Position numbers and translations under genes: made by a program. The notes beneath the pieces were generated by a model. That model had not been told where the DNA came from. It made no database searches and saw only the letters and a list, made by a program, of their open reading frames with translations. 64,000 bases of DNA from an uncultured Gammaproteobacteria bacterium (GTDB lineage Bacteria; Patescibacteriota; Patescibacteriia; UBA1558; 2-01-FULL-52-15), in assembly GCA_964441335.1 (NCBI GenBank), contig CAYTUI010000001.1, forward strand, positions 961 through 64,960, in the 5' to 3' direction. Of the stretch, positions 1-9,021 are shown in pieces; the stretch's first letter is position 1, and every line of letters begins with the position of its first letter.

Positions 1-12
1 AAAAAATCCTCA

Positions 13-96
13 GGAGGAGTCGCATAGCGGCCATTGCAACGGCTTGGAAAGCCGTGATCCGAAAGGGTCCCGCGGGTTCGAGTCCCGCCTCCTCCG
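13..96 (+). tRNA. tRNA-Ser(GGA), CCA not encoded
   Basis: Acceptor stem GGAGGAG/CTCCTCC, anticodon arm ACGGC-TTGGAAA-GCCGT, long variable arm, GGTTCGAGTCC T-arm. Confidence 0.95.
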
Positions 97-200
97 CTTT
101 GGCAAAATTCATACCATTCGGTATTGAATTTTGACAACATGAGTGTGGGACTCGAAGGGCACGAGAGCGCGCAATGCCCAGGCCCGAATCGGAGTGAGGG

Positions 201-220
201 GAGTCCCGCCTCCTCCGCCA
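201..220 (+). repeat. Duplicated 3' end of tRNA-Ser (att-like)
   Basis: GAGTCCCGCCTCCTCCGC occurs at 80-97 and 201-218; the second copy continues with CA. Confidence 0.85.
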
Positions 221-270
221 TGACAATTTTTTATCGGCATGACCCGAGTACCTATAATAATAAAACAATT

Positions 271-759
271 ATGGCTTTTCCTAAGACAACCGAAGTTAGT
301 GAGGAGTATAAAGCAAGAATCAATTGGTTAGTACAGCCCACATTGAATAATGTAAAATTTCAACAATTACAAAACAAGCACTTGTTTAAGTTTATATTAT
401 ACTGGATGATATTTGATTCATATTTGACTGAAATTTCTCAATGTAGAGCGGATGAAGAAAAGCTAAAATATTTCTTTAAAGAAGATAGCGATTTTAAAAA
501 ATACATCGCAGATAAAAAAATTTCTGCAAAATCGCTAAAAGAACTTTCTCCCGTACAAGACATGCGTCCAAATTCAAACAGAAGCATTCTCCTAGAAGAC
601 GAAAATAATTTAGAGCAAATAATTAGATTTTTGTATCAAATTAGATGCAATCTCTTCCATGGCGCAAAGGATTTAAAAAAAGCCAGAGAGAATGACTTAG
701 TATATGAAGGCGCCAAGTACTTAGAATTATCAGTGGGAGGCTGGATAATAGGACAATAA
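271..759 (+). CDS. HEPN-domain protein (putative RNase)
   Basis: C-terminal YQIRCNLFHG is an Rx4H HEPN motif. ATG 271 follows TATAAT and is preferred to the ORF-track start at 124, which runs through the tRNA duplicate. Confidence 0.65.
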   Translation: MAFPKTTEVSEEYKARINWLVQPTLNNVKFQQLQNKHLFKFILYWMIFDSYLTEISQCRADEEKLKYFFKEDSDFKKYIADKKISAKSLKELSPVQDMRPNSNRSILLEDENNLEQIIRFLYQIRCNLFHGAKDLKKARENDLVYEGAKYLELSVGGWIIGQ

Positions 760-975
760 TTTTAAACACCCAAACCCACGTGCCCCAAGCCTATCTCTTT
801 TCAGGCCATCAAAAAACCCTTACAATACTTGTATAACTTAGGTACATAACCCGAGTGTCCCGCCAAGGTGCACCTAGTAACGTTACGCACAGATCCTTAG
901 ACTATTACCATTATAAAATTAACAATCGGCAATACCGCTGTTTTTTTTATTCCCAAACGGAGTTATAATGTAAGT

Positions 976-1602
976 ATGAAAAGAGCAGAGGTTGTCGCTT
1001 TAATTATCGTTATTCTGGCCTTTATTTTGGGCTGGTATTTTTACCCGTTATTACCGGCGCAAACGGCCTCCCATTGGAATGCGGCCGGGCAGGTTGACGG
1101 TTATATGTCCGGTTTCTGGGGAGCTTTTTTAATGCCGGTAGTGGTCTTGGGTATGTGGCTGATGTTTTTTATCATCCCGCGCATTGATCCTTTGAAAAAC
1201 AATATTGAAAAGTTTCGGAAATATTTTGATGGTTTCGTAATTTTGATTTTGTTGTACATGATCTATATTTACGGTCTGACGATTGCTTGGAACCTTGGTC
1301 AGCAGTTAAACATTGTGCTCTGGATGACTCCGGCCATGGCAGTGTTGTTTTATTTTATCGGAGTTATGATGAAACACACAGAACGGAATTGGTTTGTCGG
1401 GATTAGAACTCCTTGGACTTTAAGTAGTGATAAGGTTTGGGAAAAGACTCACCGTTTGGCTGGCTTGATGTTTAAGATCGCGGCCGTTGTAAGTTTATTG
1501 GGAGTGTTATTTCCCGATCAAGCAATTTATTTTATTTTAATTCCGATAGCCATCGCCGGACTTTTTCCAGTTATTTATTCTTATTTTATTTTTAAAAAAT
1601 AA
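976..1602 (+). CDS. SdpI/DUF1648 family membrane immunity protein
   Basis: HWNAAGQVDG and RNWFVGIRTPWTLSSDKVWEKTHR motifs, multiple TM segments. Confidence 0.85.
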   Translation: MKRAEVVALIIVILAFILGWYFYPLLPAQTASHWNAAGQVDGYMSGFWGAFLMPVVVLGMWLMFFIIPRIDPLKNNIEKFRKYFDGFVILILLYMIYIYGLTIAWNLGQQLNIVLWMTPAMAVLFYFIGVMMKHTERNWFVGIRTPWTLSSDKVWEKTHRLAGLMFKIAAVVSLLGVLFPDQAIYFILIPIAIAGLFPVIYSYFIFKK

Positions 1603-1606
1603 TTAT

Positions 1607-1954
1607 ATGGCTAATAAAGCTTTTGATGATTTTGATAAAAAAAAGATTGGTTTCGGTAATAAATTCAGATCAGGCCAGGGTTATTTCCAGAGGACCGGCT
1701 TGGACGGCGCTTTCAAACGACTTAAAGACCCGTCTTATGGTGGAGTGGCTAAGAATCTGTCTTCACAAGATATTGATGCATTCAAGAAGATGCTGGAGGC
1801 TAAACTCAAAAGTAAATACGATTACAGCAAGGGTTTGAATTGGCAGGACAGAAGGGATATGACTCATGTACTGGAAACTTGGGTACGGGCCGGAAAAATT
1901 ACCAGAGAGGACATGGCTGATTTTGAAGAAATTATCGGCAAGTTGTCAGACTAA
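1607..1954 (+). CDS. hypothetical protein
   Basis: 115-aa ORF directly after the SdpI-like gene. Confidence 0.6.
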   Translation: MANKAFDDFDKKKIGFGNKFRSGQGYFQRTGLDGAFKRLKDPSYGGVAKNLSSQDIDAFKKMLEAKLKSKYDYSKGLNWQDRRDMTHVLETWVRAGKITREDMADFEEIIGKLSD

Positions 1955-1994
1955 AGATTTGACTATTTTTGGACAAGGTGTTAATAAATAAGCG

Positions 1995-2276
1995 TTTGCT
2001 AAGGAAGCTCATCACGTGAGTACGAATACGTAGCTCGCTGCTAACTCACAATCAGCGGCGACTTTTGTTCCGTCCGAGCAAAGTCTGACGATTACGGTCG
2101 TCAGGGGCTGCCGAATGGGCATGGGGCTCCTTTCCAGACTGCAGATCGAGCTGCGGTTTGACGTTGAGCAGAACGTTACCCCAAGTATGAACTGCCGGAA
2201 GTACCACACATGATCAATGGGGAAAGAGGCATTCAGGCCGAATTCCTGCTACGGGGTCTGGCTCGGCCTTAGCAAA
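1995..2276 (+). ncRNA. Candidate structured ncRNA, family unknown
   Basis: 10-bp closing helix TTTGCTAAGG/CCTTAGCAAA, many internal hairpins, TTGACT..TGTTAAT promoter-like element upstream, terminator downstream. Confidence 0.55.
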
Positions 2277-2278
2277 TT

Positions 2279-2318
2279 GCGCCTTCTGCACTGCTCTATG
2301 CGGAAGGCGCTTTTCTTT
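2279..2318 (+). terminator. Intrinsic terminator
   Basis: GCGCCTTCTGCA..TGCGGAAGGCGC followed by TTTTCTTT. Confidence 0.8.
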
Positions 2319-2353
2319 GACTTTAGACCTGTTTCAGATTAAACTAGGCACAT

Positions 2354-4144
2354 ATGACGCCAATTGAGGAAATAAAATCACGTCTGGATATAGTGGATAT
2401 TATCGGCGGCTATTTTCCGCTCAAGCAGTCAGGCACCAACTGGAAGGCTAACTGTCCGTTTCATCAGGAAAAAACGCCGTCTTTTATGGTTTCCAAAGAT
2501 AAGCAGATTTGGCATTGCTTTGGCTGTAATGAAGGTGGTGATGCTATTTCCTTTGTGCAAAAATATGAGGGTTTGGAATTTTCCGAGGCTTTAAAAATGC
2601 TGGCTGACAAAGCCGGTGTTATTTTACCCGATTTTAAAACCGGTGATCAGAGTTTTAAAAAAAATATTCTCTGGGAATTAAATGAGCAGGCTCTGAAGTA
2701 TTGGCAAAATATTTTAAATCAGGAAACCCCGAGCGCTGTTAAGACACGTGATTATTTACATCAAAGAGGTCTAACGCCGGAAACAATTACCCAATGGTCT
2801 TTGGGTTTATCTTCAGAAAAATGGGATGGTCTTTATAATTATTTGAAAGAAAAAAAATACCAAGACGAGGATATTAATCAGTCGGGGTTAATAATCAGGA
2901 AAGACAGTAAGGTTTTTGATCGTTTCAGACAACGTTTAATGTTTCCGATTCGTGACGGTCAGGGCAAAGTAGTTGGTTTTACCGCGCGGACTTTGATGGG
3001 CTTTGTTTTTGAAGGTGAAGATTTTGGCGGTAAGTATGTCAACACTCCACAGACCGCAGTTTATAACAAGAGCGCTATTCTTTATGGTTTGGATTTTGCC
3101 AAACAGGAAATTAAACGACATGATTATGTAATTGTTGTGGAAGGCAATATGGATGTCATCATGTCGCAGCAGGCCGGAGTAAAAAATGTGGTAGCTGTAT
3201 CTGGTACCGCTCTGACCCCAGATCAATTGAGAATAATTAAGAGATATACCAATAATATAATTTTATCTTTTGACGCTGACGCGGCCGGCTCGCAGGCGAT
3301 ATACAAAAGTGGAATAATTTCCGCGGCGGACTTTGATATGAATGTTAAAGCTTTAATTTTGGAAGGCGGTAAAGATCCGGCTGACATAGTTAAGGCAAAT
3401 TCGGAAGATTGGAAGGCTTTAATTAAAAAAAGTATTCCAATTGTGGATTTTTATTATAGTGAAATATTTAAACGAGTTGATATTAACCGCGCTGATCATA
3501 AAAAAATTGCGGTTCATAAAATATTGAGCATTTTGGCGATGCTGAAGGATAAGGTGGAGCAGGATCATTACATCAGGAAAATTGCCGATGATTTGAATAT
3601 CTCCTCACAAGTTTTGTGGGAACAGTTGGCCAAGTTAAATCGGCAGAATTCTTCGCAGGTTGGTGAGGTAGTGGGAGTAAAGACCAAACTTGCGGACGAC
3701 AGGGTTGATTTATTGAGTCAGACGATTTTGGCATTGGTTGGTTCATATCCAGCCTGTTTGCCGGCTTTAATAGATAAGGTAGAACCGGAGGTCTTTTCTT
3801 TGGAGCTCCAAGACCTTTACAAAAAGATAATAATCTATTACACTAAGAACCAATCTGACGATTTAAAGGGGCTTGGTACTGCCTTAGATAGTCAACAATT
3901 GAATCAGTGGAGCAAAATAGTTCACCAGTCTGAAGAATTTTATAATGATTGGGATGAACAACAGCTGGTCAAGGAGTTTGAGCAGTTATCCAAAAGATTG
4001 CTCAAGCGCTGGTTGCAAACGCGACTTAAAGCTCTGTCTCAAAGGATTGAGGCGGCCGAGCAGGCTGGTTTGCAGGAGGATGTTGACAGTTTAACCTTAG
4101 AATTTAGCGATTTGAGTAAAAAACTCTCTGAATATTTATCTTAA
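2354..4144 (+). CDS. dnaG: DNA primase
   Basis: CHC2 zinc finger CPFHQEKTPSF..HCFGC; TOPRIM motifs VEGNMDV and FDADAAG. Confidence 0.97.
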   Translation: MTPIEEIKSRLDIVDIIGGYFPLKQSGTNWKANCPFHQEKTPSFMVSKDKQIWHCFGCNEGGDAISFVQKYEGLEFSEALKMLADKAGVILPDFKTGDQSFKKNILWELNEQALKYWQNILNQETPSAVKTRDYLHQRGLTPETITQWSLGLSSEKWDGLYNYLKEKKYQDEDINQSGLIIRKDSKVFDRFRQRLMFPIRDGQGKVVGFTARTLMGFVFEGEDFGGKYVNTPQTAVYNKSAILYGLDFAKQEIKRHDYVIVVEGNMDVIMSQQAGVKNVVAVSGTALTPDQLRIIKRYTNNIILSFDADAAGSQAIYKSGIISAADFDMNVKALILEGGKDPADIVKANSEDWKALIKKSIPIVDFYYSEIFKRVDINRADHKKIAVHKILSILAMLKDKVEQDHYIRKIADDLNISSQVLWEQLAKLNRQNSSQVGEVVGVKTKLADDRVDLLSQTILALVGSYPACLPALIDKVEPEVFSLELQDLYKKIIIYYTKNQSDDLKGLGTALDSQQLNQWSKIVHQSEEFYNDWDEQQLVKEFEQLSKRLLKRWLQTRLKALSQRIEAAEQAGLQEDVDSLTLEFSDLSKKLSEYLS

Positions 4145-4147
4145 TCT

Positions 4148-5413
4148 ATGGTAGGTAAAAAACATAACACCAAGAAAATTTTAAAAAAAGTTGCCAAAAA
4201 GAAAATCGCCGTTAAAGCTAAGAAGAGTTTAAAAACTAAGGCGGCTAAAAAGATTATCACCGGACGCTCGGCAATAAAGAGTCCGGCGAAGATTAAGTTA
4301 ATGCCGGCCAAGAAGTTGATTTTGGAACAGGAGACTGTTGACTTCTTAGAAAAGAAAGGAGCTTCCCGCGGTTTTATTACTGAAGATGAGGCTTTGCGGG
4401 TTTTTGTTGATTTGGAAAATCACGTTCAAGAGTTTGAAGATTTTTTGGACGCTTTGGAAAAGAGCAGTATCCAACTGATTAGTATGGACGGCGGTATTCT
4501 GGATTTATCCAGCAAGGAGAAGTCCAATTCTGTTTTGAGTAAATTTGGTATTGCTGGAGATCAAAAGCGTTCTGATTTAGCTGACATTTCTGCTGACTCC
4601 ATCCAGATGTATTTACGGGAAATCGGTAAGGTTCATTTGCTGACTTCGGAAGAGGAGATCTCCTTGGCCAAGCGTAAGGAAAAGGGCGAGCTGGAAGCCA
4701 GACGTCGTTTGGTGGAAGCTAATTTGCGATTGGTAGTCAGTATTGCCAAAAAATTTACCGGCCGATCATTGACATTGTTAGATTTAATTCAAGAGGGTAA
4801 CATTGGTTTGTTCAGAGCCGTAGATAAATTTGATTACCGCAAGGGTTATAAATTTTCCACTTATGCTACTTGGTGGATCAGGCAGGCTGTCACCAGAGCT
4901 TTGGCTGATCAGTCCAGAACAATCAGAATCCCCGTCCACATGGTGGAAACCATCAATCGTTTTCAGCAGGTTCAAAGACGTTTGATTCAGGATTTGGGAC
5001 GCGAACCATTGCCCGAAGAAATTGCTTCAGAAATGGGTGAAGATATTGATAAAGTCCGACACATTATTAAAATTTCACAGGAGACAGTATCTCTGGAAAC
5101 TTCGGTCGGAGATGACGGTGATGACGATAGCACCTTAGGAGATTTTATTGAGGACATAAAGACCATTACTCCTGATAGAGTCGCCTCCTTGCAGTTATTG
5201 AAAAATCATGTTAATGCAATAATCAGTGATTTAAGTCCCAGAGAGCAAAAGATTTTGGAAATGCGTTTTGGGCTGAAAGACGGTATTGCTCATACTTTGG
5301 AAGAAGTCGGTCAGGAGTTTGGTGTTACCAGAGAGCGAATCAGGCAGATTGAGGCTAAAGCTTTGGAAAAGATTAAGCATCACCGGAGTATGAGGAAGTT
5401 GAAGGATTATTAG
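4148..5413 (+). CDS. rpoD: RNA polymerase primary sigma factor with K/A-rich N-terminus
   Basis: [35 protein letters not shown]; follows dnaG. Confidence 0.96.
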   Translation: MVGKKHNTKKILKKVAKKKIAVKAKKSLKTKAAKKIITGRSAIKSPAKIKLMPAKKLILEQETVDFLEKKGASRGFITEDEALRVFVDLENHVQEFEDFLDALEKSSIQLISMDGGILDLSSKEKSNSVLSKFGIAGDQKRSDLADISADSIQMYLREIGKVHLLTSEEEISLAKRKEKGELEARRRLVEANLRLVVSIAKKFTGRSLTLLDLIQEGNIGLFRAVDKFDYRKGYKFSTYATWWIRQAVTRALADQSRTIRIPVHMVETINRFQQVQRRLIQDLGREPLPEEIASEMGEDIDKVRHIIKISQETVSLETSVGDDGDDDSTLGDFIEDIKTITPDRVASLQLLKNHVNAIISDLSPREQKILEMRFGLKDGIAHTLEEVGQEFGVTRERIRQIEAKALEKIKHHRSMRKLKDY

Positions 5414-5523
5414 GTTAGTGAGTAGTTTGTAGTGAGTAGTGAGTAGTTTGCCCCGCCATTTCTTTATAATTATATGGTTAGCGGGATAGGAGTAGTTAGT
5501 AGTTTAGGGTTTAGAGTTTAGGA
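5413..5523. repeat. Degenerate ~7-nt tandem repeats (TAGTGAG/TAGTTAG/TTTAGRG)
   Basis: Visible periodic low-complexity runs. Confidence 0.6.
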
Positions 5524-5554
5524 TTTATAATTTGCAGGCGTTAGCCTGCTACGT

Positions 5555-5631
5555 CGCGGGGTAGAGCAGTCAGGCAGCTCGCCAGGCCCATAACCTGGAG
5601 GTCGCCGGTTCAAATCCGGCCCCCGCTACCA
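5555..5631 (+). tRNA. tRNA-Met(CAT), probably initiator
   Basis: C1:U72 mismatch, CGCGGGG start, anticodon arm CCAGG-CCCATAA-CCTGG, CCA end. Confidence 0.92.
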
Positions 5632-5712
5632 CGCCATTCGCGAATGGCGTGGGCTACCCACATCGTTCCCGAACGACATGGGCTACCCATCACGCCATTC
5701 ACGAATGGCGTG
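5630..5712 (-). repeat. Three-unit palindromic REP-like array
   Basis: CACGCCATTCGCGAATGGCGTG-type hairpins separated by GGCTACC; the first two units read GTAG+hairpin on the minus strand. Confidence 0.85.
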
Positions 5713-5811
5713 AGTCCCCCACTTTATTATGGTGTCCACAATTTTACGCGCAGCTCGAGAACGATATAGTTTATTAAATAATTATCACAATAAACAGGGA
5801 AACCTGTTTTT

Positions 5812-6078
5812 ATGTTTTATTTTTATATTATACAAAGTCAAAAAGACAAAAATTGGTTCTATAAGGGTCAAACCGGCGATTTGCGAAATAGAATGCGGCG
5901 CCATCATAGTGGGATGGTTAAATCAACCGCTAAATATTTGCCAGTTAGATTGGTTTATTATGAGGCTTATATAACTAGGAGAGCCGCTAAACAAAGAGAA
6001 TGGAGTGTAAAATATCATGGATCGGTTTCTGTCCCGTTACTTAAAAGAATAAAGAGAAGCCTTGAAGATAAGGACTAG
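5812..6078 (+). CDS. Small GIY-YIG nuclease family protein
   Basis: YFYIIQS..FYKGQT.DL.NR..RH, STAKYLP..LVYYEAY..A..RE. Confidence 0.85.
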   Translation: MFYFYIIQSQKDKNWFYKGQTGDLRNRMRRHHSGMVKSTAKYLPVRLVYYEAYITRRAAKQREWSVKYHGSVSVPLLKRIKRSLEDKD

Positions 6079-6120
6079 GACTTGAAAAAATGCCTATTTA
6101 AGGTATGCTTTCTATGTTTT

Positions 6121-6197
6121 GGCGGGGTAGCTCAGTTGGTTAGAGCGCAGGACTCATAAGCCTGAGGTCGTGGGTTCGATTCCCACCCCCGCTACCA
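6121..6197 (+). tRNA. tRNA-Met(CAT), elongator-type (Ile2 not excluded)
   Basis: GGCGGGG/CCCCGCT acceptor stem, CTCATAA loop, CCA end. Confidence 0.92.
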
Positions 6198-6312
6198 CGT
6201 CGCTCGCGAGCGACGTGGGCTACCCACATCGTTCCCGAGCGACGTGGGCTACCCACATCGTTCCCGAGCGACGTGGGCTACCCACATCATTGCGAATGGC
6301 GTGAGCCACCCA
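6196..6312 (-). repeat. Four-unit 29-bp palindromic REP-like array
   Basis: CACATCGTTCCCGAGCGACGTGGGCTACC repeated with a 29-nt period. Confidence 0.9.
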
Positions 6313-6391
6313 TAATGATTATAAATTAAATAAAGTATAACAGATGCCCGTAAGGGCTGTTTTTTTATTTCTGAACATGTATACTTGGCTA

Positions 6392-6958
6392 ATGAAGAAC
6401 TTTAAACAAATTTTCTTAGCAATACTTGTGCTAATTATTGCTAATGGCTGCAGTTTATTTATCAATAAATCCAATGTTCCGGTTAAACCGATCATGCCGG
6501 TTAATTCGCCGACTAACTCTAAAATATTAGACTTGAGTAACCAGGGTTTAACATCTATTAAGGCTGAACAGTTTAATGATGCTAATGTTACTGAGCTAGA
6601 TGTTTCTAATAATAATCTGATAGGGTCGCTGCCGGCGGAGGTCAGACGTCTCCCGGCGCTACAAATAATTAATGCTTCACACAATAATTTTACCGGTATA
6701 CCGGCGGAAATAGGTCAACTTAAAAATTTAATAAGTTTGGATTACAGTTACAATAATTTGGACACCATGCCGGATGAATTACAAAATCTTGTGGGCTTGA
6801 AGTATTTGTCGCTGGCCAATAATGACTACCAAGAAGTGCCGTTTGAGATAGCCAGTTTGAAAAATTTAAAGGTCTTGGATTTGGACGCTAATCCGATTCC
6901 GTCAGATCAGATTGATAAATTGCGTCAGGCTTTGCCCCAGACTGATATAAAATTTTAG
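6392..6958 (+). CDS. Leucine-rich repeat lipoprotein
   Basis: Lipobox-like IIANGC; LxxLDLSxNxL repeats with LP.EIG.L. Confidence 0.88.
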   Translation: MKNFKQIFLAILVLIIANGCSLFINKSNVPVKPIMPVNSPTNSKILDLSNQGLTSIKAEQFNDANVTELDVSNNNLIGSLPAEVRRLPALQIINASHNNFTGIPAEIGQLKNLISLDYSYNNLDTMPDELQNLVGLKYLSLANNDYQEVPFEIASLKNLKVLDLDANPIPSDQIDKLRQALPQTDIKF

Positions 6959-6969
6959 GTATAAATTAC

Positions 6970-7006
6970 AACACCCCCGTCCAGTCAGATGACAGACGGG
7001 GGTGTT
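6970..7006. terminator. Bidirectional terminator hairpin
   Basis: AACACCCCCGTC..GACGGGGGTGTT between convergent genes. Confidence 0.75.
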
Positions 7007-7011
7007 TTGGT

Positions 7012-7713
7012 TCAGACCTCGGTGAAACAGGCATCGGCCAGTGTTAGGCCGGTTCGTTGCAGTTCCGGCGCCAGGAAATCCTGCAATAGCTGTTTGAATC
7101 GCGCTTGTTGCTCGGGATCCAAGGGATTGAAGAAGGCCGCCAGTTCATGTCTGCGCTTCTCGTTGAAGTCATAGAGCATACTGGTTAACCACGTTTCCAT
7201 CGCGCGGCTGTAGCTGTAAGACAGTTGACCAGGCTTTCTGAAGTTCAATGCTTTCCACATAGTAATCAGCCCCTCAGGGGTGGAGCAGTTAACCTGAACC
7301 CAGTATTTGATATCCCTGACGCCAGGATTGCTGGTGATTGGTCGCACATTCATCCAGACTAAGGACTCATTTTCCTTAGGCTCGATGTTGATGATGTCAG
7401 CACCATTGAGACGCTGATCCCAGCGCCAGAGACGCAGATTAGTTGCTGACTGCAAGACCAGCTTGGCATCTTGACTGTCGGGTTTGATGAAGGCAGCACG
7501 ATTAGGACCGACGCTGGTCACCATAACCCAGTGAGTGAGCGGCCAGATAAGCAGCCATGCCAGGCATGACAGAAATATTGCCATTGGCAAAGCTTCGGGG
7601 TCGCTCCTATTGGTGTAGGGATCGGCCAGGACGAGCAGATAAGTGGCAGTCAGAGCCAAGCCGTAGCCGATGACACCGGTCACGAAGAATTTGTTGAACT
7701 GGACGCGTTTCAT
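7012..7713 (-). CDS. hypothetical membrane protein (2 TM)
   Basis: AGGAGG SD before ATG 7713; two hydrophobic N-terminal segments; higher GC. Confidence 0.7.
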   Translation of the reverse strand: MKRVQFNKFFVTGVIGYGLALTATYLLVLADPYTNRSDPEALPMAIFLSCLAWLLIWPLTHWVMVTSVGPNRAAFIKPDSQDAKLVLQSATNLRLWRWDQRLNGADIINIEPKENESLVWMNVRPITSNPGVRDIKYWVQVNCSTPEGLITMWKALNFRKPGQLSYSYSRAMETWLTSMLYDFNEKRRHELAAFFNPLDPEQQARFKQLLQDFLAPELQRTGLTLADACFTEV

Positions 7714-7787
7714 GGTCAAACCTCCTCGGTGGTTGTGTAGAGAACAAAGATCAAAGTAGCTTAGGCCGAGCGGCTTTTTTTGTCAAG

Positions 7788-8156
7788 TTACTGACGGTTT
7801 GTTTTATAAATAAAATTCTCGTCCAGATACTCTTTGAGGATAGTTCGTTGGCAGTGCTGTGACTGCTTGGCATGGCCGACTAAAGTTATATTTTCATTTT
7901 CGGCCGCTTGGGCAATTTGCTCCAGAATATTTTGAATTCGCGGTTTTTTAAGTCTTTCTAAATACTGTTGCCGGAAATAATCCCAGTCAAATTTCTGACC
8001 GTGCCAATTTTTTATTAACTCCAACTCACTGCCGAGTTCCGGAAACCACATGTCAACAATATTACGCTCGGCAAATTTTGGCCAAAAACAGCTGACTAGA
8101 ATTCTCTTGCCGTCAGTCGGTTCAATAGGGTCGTGAACTGATTTAGTTTTTATCAT
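7788..8156 (-). CDS. DUF488/YeaO-like protein
   Basis: K.V.DP.EP.DGKRILV..FWP..D.W..EL..S.EL..W..F..F...Y. Confidence 0.8.
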   Translation of the reverse strand: MIKTKSVHDPIEPTDGKRILVSCFWPKFAERNIVDMWFPELGSELELIKNWHGQKFDWDYFRQQYLERLKKPRIQNILEQIAQAAENENITLVGHAKQSQHCQRTILKEYLDENFIYKTNRQ

Positions 8157-8160
8157 GGAT

Positions 8161-8430
8161 TAGAAGATAGGGAATAGTAGATAGAAGATGGGGAATAGGA
8201 GATGGAAGGTAGGGGATGGAAGATAGAAGATTGGGGTTGCCCCTCGTTCTTAAGTTCTTTGGTTCTTTCGTTCTGTGTTCTTCGGTTCTTTTGTTTTTAC
8301 GTTCTTTAGTTTTTAGATTATAGGTATTAGGTTCCCTCGTTCTTACGTTCTTAAGTTATTTTGTTCTTCGGTTCTTCAGTTCTTAAGTTCTTTAGTCCCT
8401 CCGTTCTTCCGTTCTTTCGTTCTTCGTTCT
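8161..8430. repeat. Degenerate 7-mer (TRGRAGA) run followed by 8-mer (GTTCTTNN) tandem repeats
   Basis: About ten heptamers at 8161-8230, then GTTCTT-anchored octamers to 8430. Confidence 0.85.
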
Positions 8431-9021
8431 TCAGTTTCCCCGTCCCTCTGGTAACAAATGCTTTGTAATACTGGCAACTGATAGAATTAAAGCCAGGTAG
8501 AAAATATAGAGCACTATTGTATTGTTAAACGTATTAGCGGGCATTATCAGCAACCACAGAACGCCTAAGGTTTGGAAGGCCATTTTATATTTACCGAATT
8601 TATTGGCACCCAAACTCCGGCGCTGACCGATTTTTTCAAAAAAAGGTTTAAGTAAAAATACCAAACAAACTAATAGTATCTCCAGACCGATGGTCGACCA
8701 GACTAACCAGAGTGGTAGAATTTTAATACCCAAGAAATAAAAAATCGGCAACACCATTACCTTGTCTGCAAAAGGGTCTAAAAGTTTGCCGTTGATAGTC
8801 GTTTGACCTCTAAGCCTAGCCAATGGTCCGTCAAGGTAATCTAGGGCGGCCATGATGAGGAATAATAAAATTGTGGTGAGATGAGCAGCGTAGATAACCG
8901 AAAATAACAAAGGGATGGTCATTACCAATCTAAGAACTGTCAGGTGCATCGGATGAACTCTGGTCGGAAAAGTAGAAACAATTTTTAAGGCCAGATTTTC
9001 TTTAAATTCAAAAAATGTCAT
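8431..9021 (-). CDS. pgsA: CDP-alcohol phosphatidyltransferase (PgsA-like)
   Basis: DYLDGPLAR..G.LLDPFADK signature. Confidence 0.85.
   Translation of the reverse strand: MTFFEFKENLALKIVSTFPTRVHPMHLTVLRLVMTIPLLFSVIYAAHLTTILLFLIMAALDYLDGPLARLRGQTTINGKLLDPFADKVMVLPIFYFLGIKILPLWLVWSTIGLEILLVCLVFLLKPFFEKIGQRRSLGANKFGKYKMAFQTLGVLWLLIMPANTFNNTIVLYIFYLALILSVASITKHLLPEGRGN

Noticed and set aside
1995-2276. RNase P, tmRNA or SRP assignment
   Set aside because: Diagnostic conserved sequences were not found by eye; left unassigned
6196-6312. 29-nt repeats as a CRISPR array
   Set aside because: Units are contiguous with no unique spacers, and there are no cas genes in the window
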